Assembly (NCBI GenBank): GCA_030248215.1 | Contig: JASANG010001519.1 | Location: forward strand, 248,001 to 312,000 | Source of the DNA: Enoplolaimus lenunculus | Taxonomy: Eukaryota | DNA: 64,000 bases | Direction of reading: 5' to 3' | In this document: positions 23,601 through 43,821 of the stretch, one piece after another | Numbering within the stretch: the stretch's first letter is position 1 | How the letters are laid out: each line of letters starts with the position of its first letter | Made by a program: the position numbers and the translations under genes | Notes under the pieces: model-generated | What the model was told of the DNA's origin: nothing | The model's input: only the letters and a program-made list of their open reading frames with translations | Database searches by the model: none

Positions 23601-26028
23601 AGTAATAGCAATTCGTATCGCTAGGACAGTTTTGTGGTACAAAGATGTGCCTACATTGTCTTGGTCCAACAGTCCAGTCTATGGTAGTTGTAACGTCGTT
23701 TGACCGTTTGAATATCAATATAAATTAGGTATAGTAATTCATCATAATGAGATGACTTACATGCCCATTTGGGCACAACATGTACCGTAGAACGTGCACT
23801 GTGAGTATAAGGATCATTGTTTAAGCATTTTGTTTTAAACATTTTCAATTAAAATATTCGCAGTTACTACATTTCATACCATGTTGTTGTTGCTGTTGTT
23901 GTTGTTGTTTAGTCGGAAATTGAAAAAGTTGAAGAGAAGATAGATACAATTCGAATGAATATTACTTCGATTTCATCTGACGAAATTCAACGGGAACAGT
24001 TGTTGTTTCAATTGGTAGGTTGGTTGCTAAGCTATTGTAAATTACGACGAGAAAGTTGATAAATGGATGCTCATTACATTATCTATACTTAAGACTATTT
24101 TAATCTTGTGTTTGAGACTTAGCTTCTTAAATTAGTCAACGTTTCAGTTTAGGTATAGATTCATTAATTGCGAATACTAAAGTCTTACTTAAATGTTGTG
24201 GCCAAAAGTAAATATAAAACATAATTCGATGTTTTTGAGATGACAAATACATTCCAGAAACGGGATGTCGAAAAATTGGACGCTAAAGATTTCAGCAGAG
24301 ACGCGTATACAAAGCGCATTCTTGACATTGTTGCAAATATTCGGAAGCAAAGCGAAGAAATTGAGAAGGTATCATATGAATTTTTTCATGTATTGATTTT
24401 TTCCGTCTAACTAGGAGACGGTAAAATACTTGACGCGCAAGTCGAGGTAAATATTCAAACGATTCTTTGCGAAGTGCGGTCATTTGCTTTGTTAACTCAA
24501 CTTACAGTGTTTTTCTAGTGTAATCTCAATCTAGTCTAATCAAAATTGTCAACTTTTTAATGTCACTTAAAGCTGGTTTGGTTTAATCAAAATTTAAGAA
24601 ATTTTAGGTTTTGGAAGACGCAAAAGTAGTTCAGAAAGACATCAATACATATACCGGTCGTTTAGATCGAGCCTTTTATGCTGCCGACCAGTTATTGTTC
24701 AAGGTAAGGTTTTCGATTTGATGTTTTGTGTAGCTCAAATTTCTGTTCTTTATCCTGTCCAACTATTCGTGAACACAAGACAGGGTGAGATTTTGCACAT
24801 TTTAGTGACCGCTAGGGGCGAGTTGTGTTACCCTGAAACATTATTTTAGGATGCTTCAAAAGATGAATACATTCGCAAAGCATACAAGTTAATGGTTTCG
24901 CTTCACGAGGTAATACATTGGTATTCTTGGCAGAAGAACCAGCCATGTTTAATGAAGTTAATGTTATGAAATTCGTGCGATTTGTTGTTTTACTGTTTTA
25001 TTAAAAGCTAAGGAATCGTGTCAAAAATACCGCTACATAGTTATTCATTTCAGAGTTTTTCCGCTTATAAAATGTGTTTTGAATGATAATGTTTGAAACG
25101 TAAAAAAATGCTTAAAATAGGATTTTGTTTTTGACACAATTCCTTAGAGTTTTGCCAGTTTTTCTGATCGCTGTAATTAGGGTTTAATGGCACTTTAGTA
25201 TACATCTTCTGCTTTACATTTTTTATAACGAAAGCAAGCAGTATTATTGCAAATAAATTATGCCATATTCGCACCTTTTGTAAGTTTGTTTGTCATTGAC
25301 AACTTATCGAAATAAACAAATTAATATTTGTTAACAGAATTTTTGAAATTGACAGTTTCGCTGGAACTGCTAAATAGGAGTTTTATTTTCTGGTTTCTCA
25401 CGGCTATATTTTTCAAAAATTGGTACCATGACGTTCTTAGAAATGCGATACAATGCGGAAAACAGTACAAGTAACTGGGCAAATCTGTCGTGAAATCAAA
25501 GATCTGGAAGACCAGGTATATTCTAATTATTTTTAAAACATAATGCAATCTTGGCAACAGTACAGGTAACTACGCTTCTTTTGAAATATGGCACAAAAGA
25601 GTTTTCTATTTCAAGTACGGTTATTTGTTTTGAACTAAACTATATACCAAGCGTGAGGCTCGTGTTAATTATGAGGACCTATTTATTTGGAGGTTCAGAC
25701 TTTTGACCAAGCTTAAGGCTCGTTAGTTATAGGGTATTTCCACTGGGAGGTTTTTACTTCGTATTTAGACCAAGACTTGTGTTTAGGTTTAGGGGGTAAA
25801 CACCTATTGATAAGATGGGTCTTGAATGATTATATGTTAAGTTGTTTACGCATGTCTTGGCTCCGTTTATTTTATCGCGGTTTAGTTTATTGCTTGGAAT
25901 TTTTATTGCAGATTGAGACAGATGCTCAAGAAAATGTCGACGGCAATCTGGAGCACATACTGCAAGATTATTATGCTGTACAAAATGAGAACGAAATTTT
26001 GAAGCAGAAATTAAGTATACCTAGGTAA
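17615..26028 (+). CDS. CCDC22: Coiled-coil domain-containing protein 22 (CCC/Commander complex subunit), about 15 exons
   Basis: The start MEEVDQLLIQNAISIG is at 17615. Exons encode LPPAMTGRFKMCSKLVTALQ|NLGYRGDLGYQTLLYGSEMDRRNILLFLVEKLP, QWQNARRPLLEE, SRDAYTKRILDIVANIRKQSEEIEK, QKDINTYTGRLDRAF, KDEYIRKAYKLMVSLHE and a last exon NLEHILQDYYAVQNEN. All are recognisable CCDC22 blocks with GT-AG junctions. Confidence 0.92.
18333..18691. mobile_element. Probable hAT-like MITE in CCDC22 intron 2
   Basis: Imperfect TIR TAGAGATGCCCCGG...CCGGGGCAACTTTA; no clear TSD. Confidence 0.5.
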
Positions 26029-27389
26029 CGGCTGCATGAATAATGTCAAGAGTTGTGATCAACAGTAGGGTGCAACTGGATTTCCGGTTCTGGTTGGGAA
26101 TCCCGGTGTTTGTCATTATCCGGTTCCGGTTCTAAATTCAGTATTTTACCACTAGAATTTCCGACATTCTCTGTGTTGATAATTTTGAGTTCCAAAAATT
26201 AAAGTTGAACTTTGCAAATTTTTTCGGTTTGAATTGAACAGTTAAAGCAGACCAGCAAAAAATTGAAAATTGCACAGAATCTTTTAAAATATCTGATTAA
26301 CATTTCAATTTAAGCAGTAAAACTGAAAACGGTTGTATGATGGGCAACATTTAAACGAAATTGTCTTCAGAGATTAGTTTTTCGGTAATAATTATGTTGC
26401 ACTATCCCGTTTCTTTAGAATGAATACGGTGTTGTTTCAGTTTTCCGGTTCCGTCTCTCTGGTATTTTGAATTCCAGTTGCACTTGCACTGTGGTCATTA
26501 GGCATTATCATTTACTGCTGAGTATTTTACGCATATTCCTTTAATGGTTTTGGTTGCCTTACTACGATTGCGAAAGATTGAGTTTCAACTCGATGTGAAT
26601 TTAACTAAAACTACGCTTTGTACAACCGACGAAATTACTGATTTTCTAGAAATTTTTGGCAACACATGTTTAATAGTGTAAGCTCATAATTTTACTGTAA
26701 TTATAACATCCATAGTATTCAAGCTAACTTTAATATGTAAACGCACGCCTTAATCGTGATAATCAGTTTTTCAGGCACTTGAAGCGCTGACCGATTAGGT
26801 GTAACAGGCTTTGAGAATTTTGTTAGCCATGAGTACGCATACTGTGTGTCTGTGGTAACTGTGAATAAATTTCATATATACAGCTTGATTTAACGCGAGC
26901 GTACAATGATTGCTGGTGGCTAAGCATTCAAATAGAGCTGAAAACGGGTTCAAGGTAAATGCAAAAGTAGAGTGGTGTTGAGTTTAGAGGCGTATTCCCG
27001 ACAGTGTAACTGTTAACGCAAGTTTGATTCCTTAACTTGAATTAAGTGCCAGAATTGCGAATCTCAAACTCCATGAAGTGGCAGGTTTAATCTAACGCTG
27101 CACAGTGATTTATAACTTGTTGTTGATCGGTGCCCCAATGATTGTAATTTATGGGCTGTCCTCTAAAGTATTTCTTATATGTTTACTTTACCAGTCCTCA
27201 GCATATATAAATTGCAGGATGCAGCCTGTAGGTGACGCACACCGGAGTCGGGGTACATAAAAACCTTTTCGAAGCCAGAAGGGAATCGAAATTAGGTAGT
27301 TAAAATAAACTTTAATTTGCTAATTTTAGCAAACATCTGTCAAATGTTTGAAAATAATTGTTTTCGATAACCTATATATATGTATCACT

Positions 27390-27812
27390 ATGTCAAACTC
27401 TGATGACGCGACACTTCGTCCAAAAGAACATGACTGGAACGCGTTTCGCGTTATTACATCCGGTGAAGCATTTAGATTACCCTGTGTTCGAGATTCACTC
27501 ATATCTGGTTTGGTGACGTACATTGGAACGTTTTGCGCAACGATTCTATTCACAAGCAGTACAAAACGTGCGGTCAAATACAGCACAGTTACATCGTTTA
27601 TTGCTTCAAATGTTTATTTCTTTCCGTGTCAAGTACAGTGGACTGCAAATATTAATAGCGCTCGTGAACTTGCATCTGACGTCGAAGTTGCGAAACGAGT
27701 TGTTTCAGATATGGATTCTGGGACATTGTTGCCAAAATTAGCGCGTGAACGCTTGAAGGAGCTCGAAGTGGAAGGACAGTCCATGGACAAAACAGAGAAA
27801 AGCAGTAGTTGA
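27390..27812 (+). CDS. COX20: Cytochrome c oxidase assembly protein COX20 (FAM36A), single coding exon, 140 aa
   Basis: LPCVRDSLISG followed by two hydrophobic segments (..ILFTSS..; ..ASNVYFFPCQ), the PCxRxS signature and topology of COX20. The first ATG is at 27390. Confidence 0.8.
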   Translation: MSNSDDATLRPKEHDWNAFRVITSGEAFRLPCVRDSLISGLVTYIGTFCATILFTSSTKRAVKYSTVTSFIASNVYFFPCQVQWTANINSARELASDVEVAKRVVSDMDSGTLLPKLARERLKELEVEGQSMDKTEKSSS

Positions 27813-27815
27813 TAG

Positions 27816-28442
27816 CAGGCGTGTAAGTGGGTAAAGATTTTTTACCCGCGGGTATACCCGCGCAAATTCTCTACCCGTTCAGACCTTTTTACTATTTAGC
27901 AGCTGGAAAAACGGGTTACGGATGGTTTCGAACTAGCGACCTATACGGATTCCGAGGTAAGCACTCTATCACTGCTCCACGTAGACCGCCTTTAAAACTA
28001 CTTGTATCGTCGACTATAATATGTCGACCGTATGCTACATGCAAGCATTATTGCACAATGTGTATTGCATATAATATAACATTTGCTCCAGGACAATGTC
28101 ACACATGCTTAAAACCCGTTACCCACTCAAAATTACTTTACCATTACCCGCCCTTTTTTGTGCAACGGAATAAGATATATTGTTGCTAGAATTCAAAAAG
28201 CCACTGAAATTTTTCGACTTAACAGCAAATTTCCGAATTGTAATACTTATTTTTTACTCATACGGTAAAACAGTTTAAAAATTCAAGTTATTCTCCATTA
28301 TTTGGTTTCAAGATTATGAAAATTTTAGGTGAATAATGATTAACAAATTTTTACCCGCGTTTTGAAATTCTTTACCGCGTATATACCCGCATCAAAATAT
28401 TTCGACCCGGCCGCGTTTACCCGCGGGTAGCCTGCAGCTCTG
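27816..28442. mobile_element. hAT-like MITE (TACCCG motifs) inserted directly after the COX20 stop codon
   Basis: CAG..CTG termini; perfect 8-bp TSD GTTGATAG (27808-27815 and 28443-28450). Confidence 0.8.
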
Positions 28443-28826
28443 GTTGATAGTGAGTTTAGAGGTTTCTTTGAATGTTAAATATTGATGATTAGCTGACTGT
28501 TAAGTTGTTGGGCTGGTGGGCCTATGCAAAGAACAGGGGCGGAACAGTGTTATAACCATATTCCTAAGCTTAAGCTTTAAGCCAAGTAAAAAAATAGTCT
28601 AAAGCTTAAGCTTACTTCATTGCAGTCCCACGGAAAAACGTTCCGCCCCCGATCTTTAGCATTTCGGTGTATGACATTTTTGTTATCATTTGAGCTTATC
28701 GGTTTGTATAGTTGGTATCACCAGAAATCGGCGAGGGTGGCATCCAACTTTTAAATTTAATTTTGTTTCGCGCAGTAAAATCACTTTCGCTTACAGTTGT
28801 CTACAAAATGTGGAATACGTAGCAGG

Positions 28827-28994
28827 CAGGGTGCAACCGGAGGTAAAAATACCGGAGCCGGAGGTGAGGCGAAATTTGGTTGTAAAAATGACGGTTAATT
28901 AATTAATTTTAGCCAATTGTTTGGGTTTTACGATAATTTCCTCCGAAAATTCGGAAATTCTTTCCTGAAAAGCCGGACCTCCGGTTTTACACAG
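28827..28994. mobile_element. Internally deleted hAT-like MITE (CCGGAG family)
   Basis: 8-bp TSD GTAGCAGG on both sides; starts CAGGGTGCAACCGGAGG. Confidence 0.8.
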
Positions 28995-30469
28995 GTAGCA
29001 GGTTCTTGTAAGATTCAGCTTTTACAAAACAATCTGACGTGGAAGTTTCAATCAGTTGAAAAACTGAAATGAAAACTAAGCATCAGTTATTAATGTTGAC
29101 GAATCATTTTTACGAATGAAGGCCAAATTCTAAACATATGTTTCTTGCAAGATACAAGCGGAGGTCTGCTCTATGCTCCGGCATAAAAGGGCCCAATTTT
29201 GTATAGGTTTACTTTTCCATGATCTCGCAATTCTTCATTGCAAATAAGCTGCAATTGTTCGATATCAAGTAAAAATACAAAATTCATCCAAAATCATAAA
29301 ATTTCGGTGCATCCGTTATTTTTTCTTTAAAATTTTAGAAAGCCTGTTGAATATTTGCTTGTCTCATTGGTGTTTGGCAGAAAAATTATGCTTTAGGCTA
29401 AGTTTGCTTCTCACGCTTAGGCTTAGCAATATGCTTATAAAATCTGTTACGCCTCTGTTCTTTGGCCAAAACTTTTTATACTTCAATATCCGTTTACCGT
29501 GTCCGTTATGTTTACTATCCGTTTACGCTGTGGAGTTTAGAGTTTAATAACCATGCATATCAACTATTTTCGCTTGGCCCGTGCCAAATTTTGCTGCCCG
29601 CCTTCTGCGGTATTTTTGGCTGCCAGTCGCGCACCGGCTTTTAGCACACAAGAATTGGTGTGGATTGCTTAAGTGTATATTTTTTACATCTCAATATCCA
29701 TAGTTTTCATTGTAATAAAACTTTGTTTCTTTAGCAAAATATGCTATACGCCGTAGGCAATATTGAGATATTCCAAAGCTCAATCCTGTGCTTTGGTTTT
29801 AATAGTGTTACGCTTATTCGGCTTCTCATGTTTGACGCACGCCGCCTTAGAAATTTTTGGATCCACCACTGCCTTAATTGTGTTGGCAAAAAATAAACCA
29901 AGCTTACGCTACGGCAGGCCCCGCATACATGAGCGACCGCATAACGCAAATTGATCTCAATCTGTATATAAATATGAACACCAAGCCACCTTCGCCAACC
30001 TGTTCGCCCGGATTCATCAAACATTTACGCGTGTATTTTACAAAACATACCAATATGCAGGCCAATATGTTACTCTGAAGGGCGCAATCGTAGGTCTAAG
30101 CCTCAGCGTGAATGTATAAGTCTAACTAAGCAAGCTTATTCTGTTAGTTCTGCGAAAAATGGTCCCCCCGTCAAAGTATTAACTGGCCATTATGTACATC
30201 AGACAACTTTATGCAATGCGCAAATGTTAGTGAACCGTTTCCCATCAACACTTAGCTAAAGGAACATGGCGCTGGTGTCCAAGAAGGATTTCACGTCTTG
30301 TGGAGATTTTGTATTGCGTATACGTGCATTGTTACACGCTGCGTATTGTGTATAATTTCTCGTGTACTGTACGCTATGTTGCACATAGTCTACTCGATAT
30401 GAGAAGGTGCTAATGAAGCTTTAATATAACTGTCAGCCCTGAGCACGATCAGATATTTTCGACATGTTT

Positions 30470-39433
<8,964 letters not shown>

Positions 39434-40527
39434 CGTATTCTCATACACTGTAATAAATGCATATATTTTTATTGTATCATTGTATAAAATACATTTACAT
39501 ATTCACTGGAACGAAATTAAACTTGAAGCTCGCAAAGTAAGTGTATATCTTGAACAATGAATATTGAGTGCATACAACCGTGTCAGTTGGGGACCCAGCG
39601 TGCACTCTGTGTCACGCTTGCGATCACCCTCGACCATAAACTACCTTGTGAAATTTTGTGCCAATAACATTATGCTTTATTACATTTCTGTCAATTCTCT
39701 TAAATTCATTCATTTTCCAGCCAAATGTCATTTACCTTGTTTCTATGTTGTGTATACTATATTCTGTGTTTTCAGGTCTAACTCTCTAATTTCCATCTAA
39801 ATAAAATACGTTTACTACAATGCGGTCCTTGTCTGCAAATTCACATCACCTACTATCTTCCAGATGATCTTTCTATTCCGCACCTCGGTTTCTGCCAATG
39901 TCACTCCTTGTGATCTTTTTGCCATATCTATTATAGGGATGTGCTAATACCAAAACTTTTGTTGAGGACGATGCCAACTTTTATTTTGAAACTATGCCGA
40001 TGCCGATTTTTATTTTGAAAATAAAATATGCCGATGTCGATTCCAATTCTAGTACACGATGTGTAAAGAACAGATAAGATACATACAGCATTACGTCATT
40101 CTAAATCAAATATCTAAACCTTAACAACCATGGAGGCAAGCTTAGTTGCTCGCAATTCAAGCTGCGTCTGAACAATTTGACTCAAAATTTATATACGAAC
40201 AGCCGTTACTTTAGGTTTTCGGATATGTATTAAATTTCTGGACAAAAGGCCCGCGTTCAAAAGTTAGTGTTCCCAAAACTCGTTAAAAATAGTTAATTTT
40301 GAGTTCGGTAATAACCGGGCATTGTGTGTATTTTGTATTGATTACGCGTATTACTCGTGGTCAGTCATGGTAAGAATCTGGACATCATTCCTTTTAATTA
40401 AGCCTCTGGAATATCAGGCGCCGAGGTGATTTCCAAATAGCGATTTACGGATCCTTAGGCAAACGCTATACCACTGTGCCGCACATTTCGCGTCTTTAAC
40501 TGCTTCTATCATCTACTATATATATGT

Positions 40528-40804
40528 GTCGTAGGCCAATCTGCTATTCTGGCCAGGCCAATCTGCTATTTGAAGCAAATAGCAGTTTGGCCTAGGCCAA
40601 ATAGCGATTGTGAGATTTCGCAAAAAAACAGTGATGTAACACCAACGCTGATTGTTTGACGGTATTGCGTCTGTTTAAGTAATCTAATCTGATTGGTCCA
40701 TAAGTTCAATAGCAGTCTAGCCCAGGCCTCACTGTTATTACGTAATATAGCAGATTGGCCTAGGCCAATTAGTAATTAGCCAGAACAGCAGATTGAACTA
40801 CGAA
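40528..40804. mobile_element. Inverted-repeat element with repeated GGCCAATCTGCTATT motifs
   Basis: TCGTAGGCCAATCTGCTATTCTGGC...GCCAGAACAGCAGATTGAACTACGA; flanks ATATATGT/ATATACGT resemble an 8-bp TSD. Confidence 0.6.
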
Positions 40805-42225
40805 ATATACGTGACATTATGCTGCCGACCAATATATAACACATCCTTTTCATACATTGCATATGCAACAGGACAAGTATGTCTCACATGCTTACACTCG
40901 TCATTAAAGCGTGCTAACCATTGTGTTTTAGAGCGCGTCTATGCAGTAAGCAGTCACCCTTTTTCAGATATGTTGAGAATCCCCGTTTTTAACAGACCGG
41001 AACATACAAATCGGATCTAATGTTTGGCAGACCTCAGCTGAATATATACGTTACCTTAGTGTGAAGTAGACGAAACAATTGACCACGACTAGATAAGAAC
41101 TAGCGACCTTTGGCTAACCGGGCCAATGCTCTTACCAAATGAGCTATGGTGACACTGCTTCAACTAATTGTGCTAGCCATGATTGCGTTTATTAGTGTAT
41201 TACGCTGTATACTGCCCAGCAACGATGTAATGTGGTGAACAAGGTACGTAATAGACTAATAGTTGTAATTTCTGATCGATCTCACAGCTTCGTACTCCGT
41301 TTTACTTCTACTTAATCCACTTTCCTATTGCATTAGAAATCATGCACTTTAACATTTCCCTAGCTATGTTAATATTGTAACAATTACATGTTACCCACAT
41401 TCTGTACCTACTGGATTCTGAACCTGGATGGTAACAGAAGATCCTCTAATTGTTAATTCTTCTTATGCATGTATACTGCGGACAGCAAGGCACTGCTAAT
41501 GTTTAGGGTACCGTTTTCGCAGATCATTTTATTTTGCTAAAAAAATTCAACCAGAGTTCGATTTCTTTTAAAACAAGCATAGCCGAAGGCAATCGGAGGT
41601 AAAATACTGCAGCCAAAACCGGAGTTGAAAACCAACAAAAGTTGTCGGAGCCGAAGCCGAAAGTGAAGCTGGAGTTAATGCGAAATTAGGCTGTAAACTA
41701 TGTTTAATTTGACAATTTTAGAACATAAAAGAGATGTCAAAAATTTTGATTTCAGGTTTCTTTTTTTAAAGAATTTAACACCAAGACGTTCAGACAACGT
41801 AGCGAACAATACAATTTTGGTAAATGTATAAAAATTTCATAACCGAAATTGCCAAATCTTCTGAAAAACATTTTACCACAGCCGGAGCCGGAGGCTTTTA
41901 CCGCCGGAGCCGGAGGCAGTTCTCTGATTGTACCATCATGCAAAGCGTATTAATTTGGTTAAACATATGTTTGGATGTTTAAAAGTTAATCTAAAATTAT
42001 TAGGAATAGGGTATTATGTATGTTTAAGCTGAAAAATTTAATTGAAATCTTTTTCACCGACATAACAACTTTAGAAAAGTTCATATATATTAGAAAATTT
42101 CAGAAAATTTTTAGATAAAATTCCGTATGAAAACGGAAAGTATAAAAACTTCGTAATTACCGGAATCTCTATAACGGAAGCGCAAACGAATATCCGGTTA
42201 CACCGTCCGTGGCATTTATAAATAC

Positions 42226-42568
42226 CAGGGCACAACCGGAGGTCTGCCACCGGGTCCGGCTCCGGCAGCAAATCGACCTCCGACTCCGGCTCCGGTAAAA
42301 TTTTTGCCGGAGGTTCTGGTTATTTCGGTAGTAACATTTTGCTTAATTTTGCAAAATTTATCTGTTTGAACGAGTTTCGTTTTACTTTTGTCACAATTTT
42401 CAGGAAAGAATTTCCGAAAATTCGCAGAAAATTAGCGTAAAACCAAACAAGTTAACAACATATTGCAGATATTGGCTAAAATTAACTAGTTAACCATCAT
42501 CGCTACTACATAATTTCGCCTCTCCTCCGGCTCCGGCTCCGGCATTTTTCACCTCCGGTTGTACACTG
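42226..42568. mobile_element. hAT-like MITE (CCGGAG family); a degenerate relative lies at ~41575-41940
   Basis: TIRs; TSD ATAAATAC/ACAAATAC (7 of 8 match). Confidence 0.8.
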
Positions 42569-42630
42569 ACAAATACGTTAGTTTGGTCAAAAATCGATTA
42601 ATATCTGAGGTCGACTAAAGTTGATTGCTT

Positions 42631-42812
42631 TTGAAACTAACCGGTGTGAAACCAGCCGGGGGGTGGAACTACCGGTGCGGTGAAACCAGCCGCTAGGGTA
42701 TAAATAACGATTTATGCGAAACCAAATGATAAACCAACCGTTGGGTATGAAGCAAACCGTTAAGATGAAACGAACCGTTGTGGTAGAACAAACCGTTGGT
42801 GTGAAACCAAGG
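42631..42812. repeat. Degenerate ~20-bp repeats (GTGAAACCARCCG core)
   Basis: About 8-9 variant copies of TGAAAC(C)AACCG(T); probably a transposon subterminal remnant. Confidence 0.55.
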
Positions 42813-43821
42813 ATTACAGTTGTTTAGACAATATATCTACACTTTAAGTGGCAACAGTTTAACGAATATGTACGATGAAATACGTTCTCCATATTTACTG
42901 AACTGAGAAATCTTAGGAAAGCAGTTTCTTGGAAAAATATAATAAACATTAAAAATTTGGACAGGCGTATAAAGATCAGGAGCGGAACGTTTTTTTGTGG
43001 GACAGGAATAGAGTATGCTTAAGCTTTAGACTAATTTTTTGTTTAGGCTTAGGCTTAGGCTTGGATGTGAAAACATGTCAGAACCGGAGTTCCGGTTATA
43101 AACATATTAGACACAAATTCACATACAAATTTTATTAGACATCTGCCTGGACTTTTATCAACATAGAGAAGTGTCAAAAATTATAAAAGCCAACGTTGGA
43201 TAATCATCGAGTTACCATGACCAATGAGGTTTAGTTTTAATTTTTGAGACTTGAGAAGTTTAAAATTTTGAAAAATTCCAAAATTCACTTGAACTTGTTT
43301 TAAAAAGCGTTTGAATCTCAAGTTGGCACAATTTTTAAACTCAAAATTTGACATGAACGCATTTGAGACGTGGACAACCAGTCCAGTGACAGATGCAGGC
43401 TGTTCCGGTGGTTGGGTATACTTTTTGTGTTTTGAAATTCGACAGTTTTAAGTCGCGGTTTAGCAGATATTTAGCCATTGTAACAGTTTTAAATTGCGAA
43501 ACAGGAGCAAAACTGTCATAATTCCTTAGCTATTTATAGCATATTATTGCAAGGTTTAGATGAACCATTTTTATTTTCAAAGTTTGCAGCTCGATAATGC
43601 AGTTGGGAAGTCACACCGCGCCGCTATGGATCCGCAACAGCAACGCAGCGTTTCACAGTTGCCGGCTTTACTTTAACTAAGGCCAAAATCGCATACGTAA
43701 TATTTTAGTACGCAATAAACATATAAGAGATACATAGATCACGAACTATTTAAAGCTATTTTTTGAGGGTCAAACAAAACAGTGTTTTTTTTCTAAACAA
43801 ATTAGTATTTTAATTTCATTT

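Noticed and set aside
39580..39930. Pyrimidine-rich segment upstream of DHX8 as a retroelement relic
   Set aside because: The minus-strand translation has several stops and no motif I can assign.
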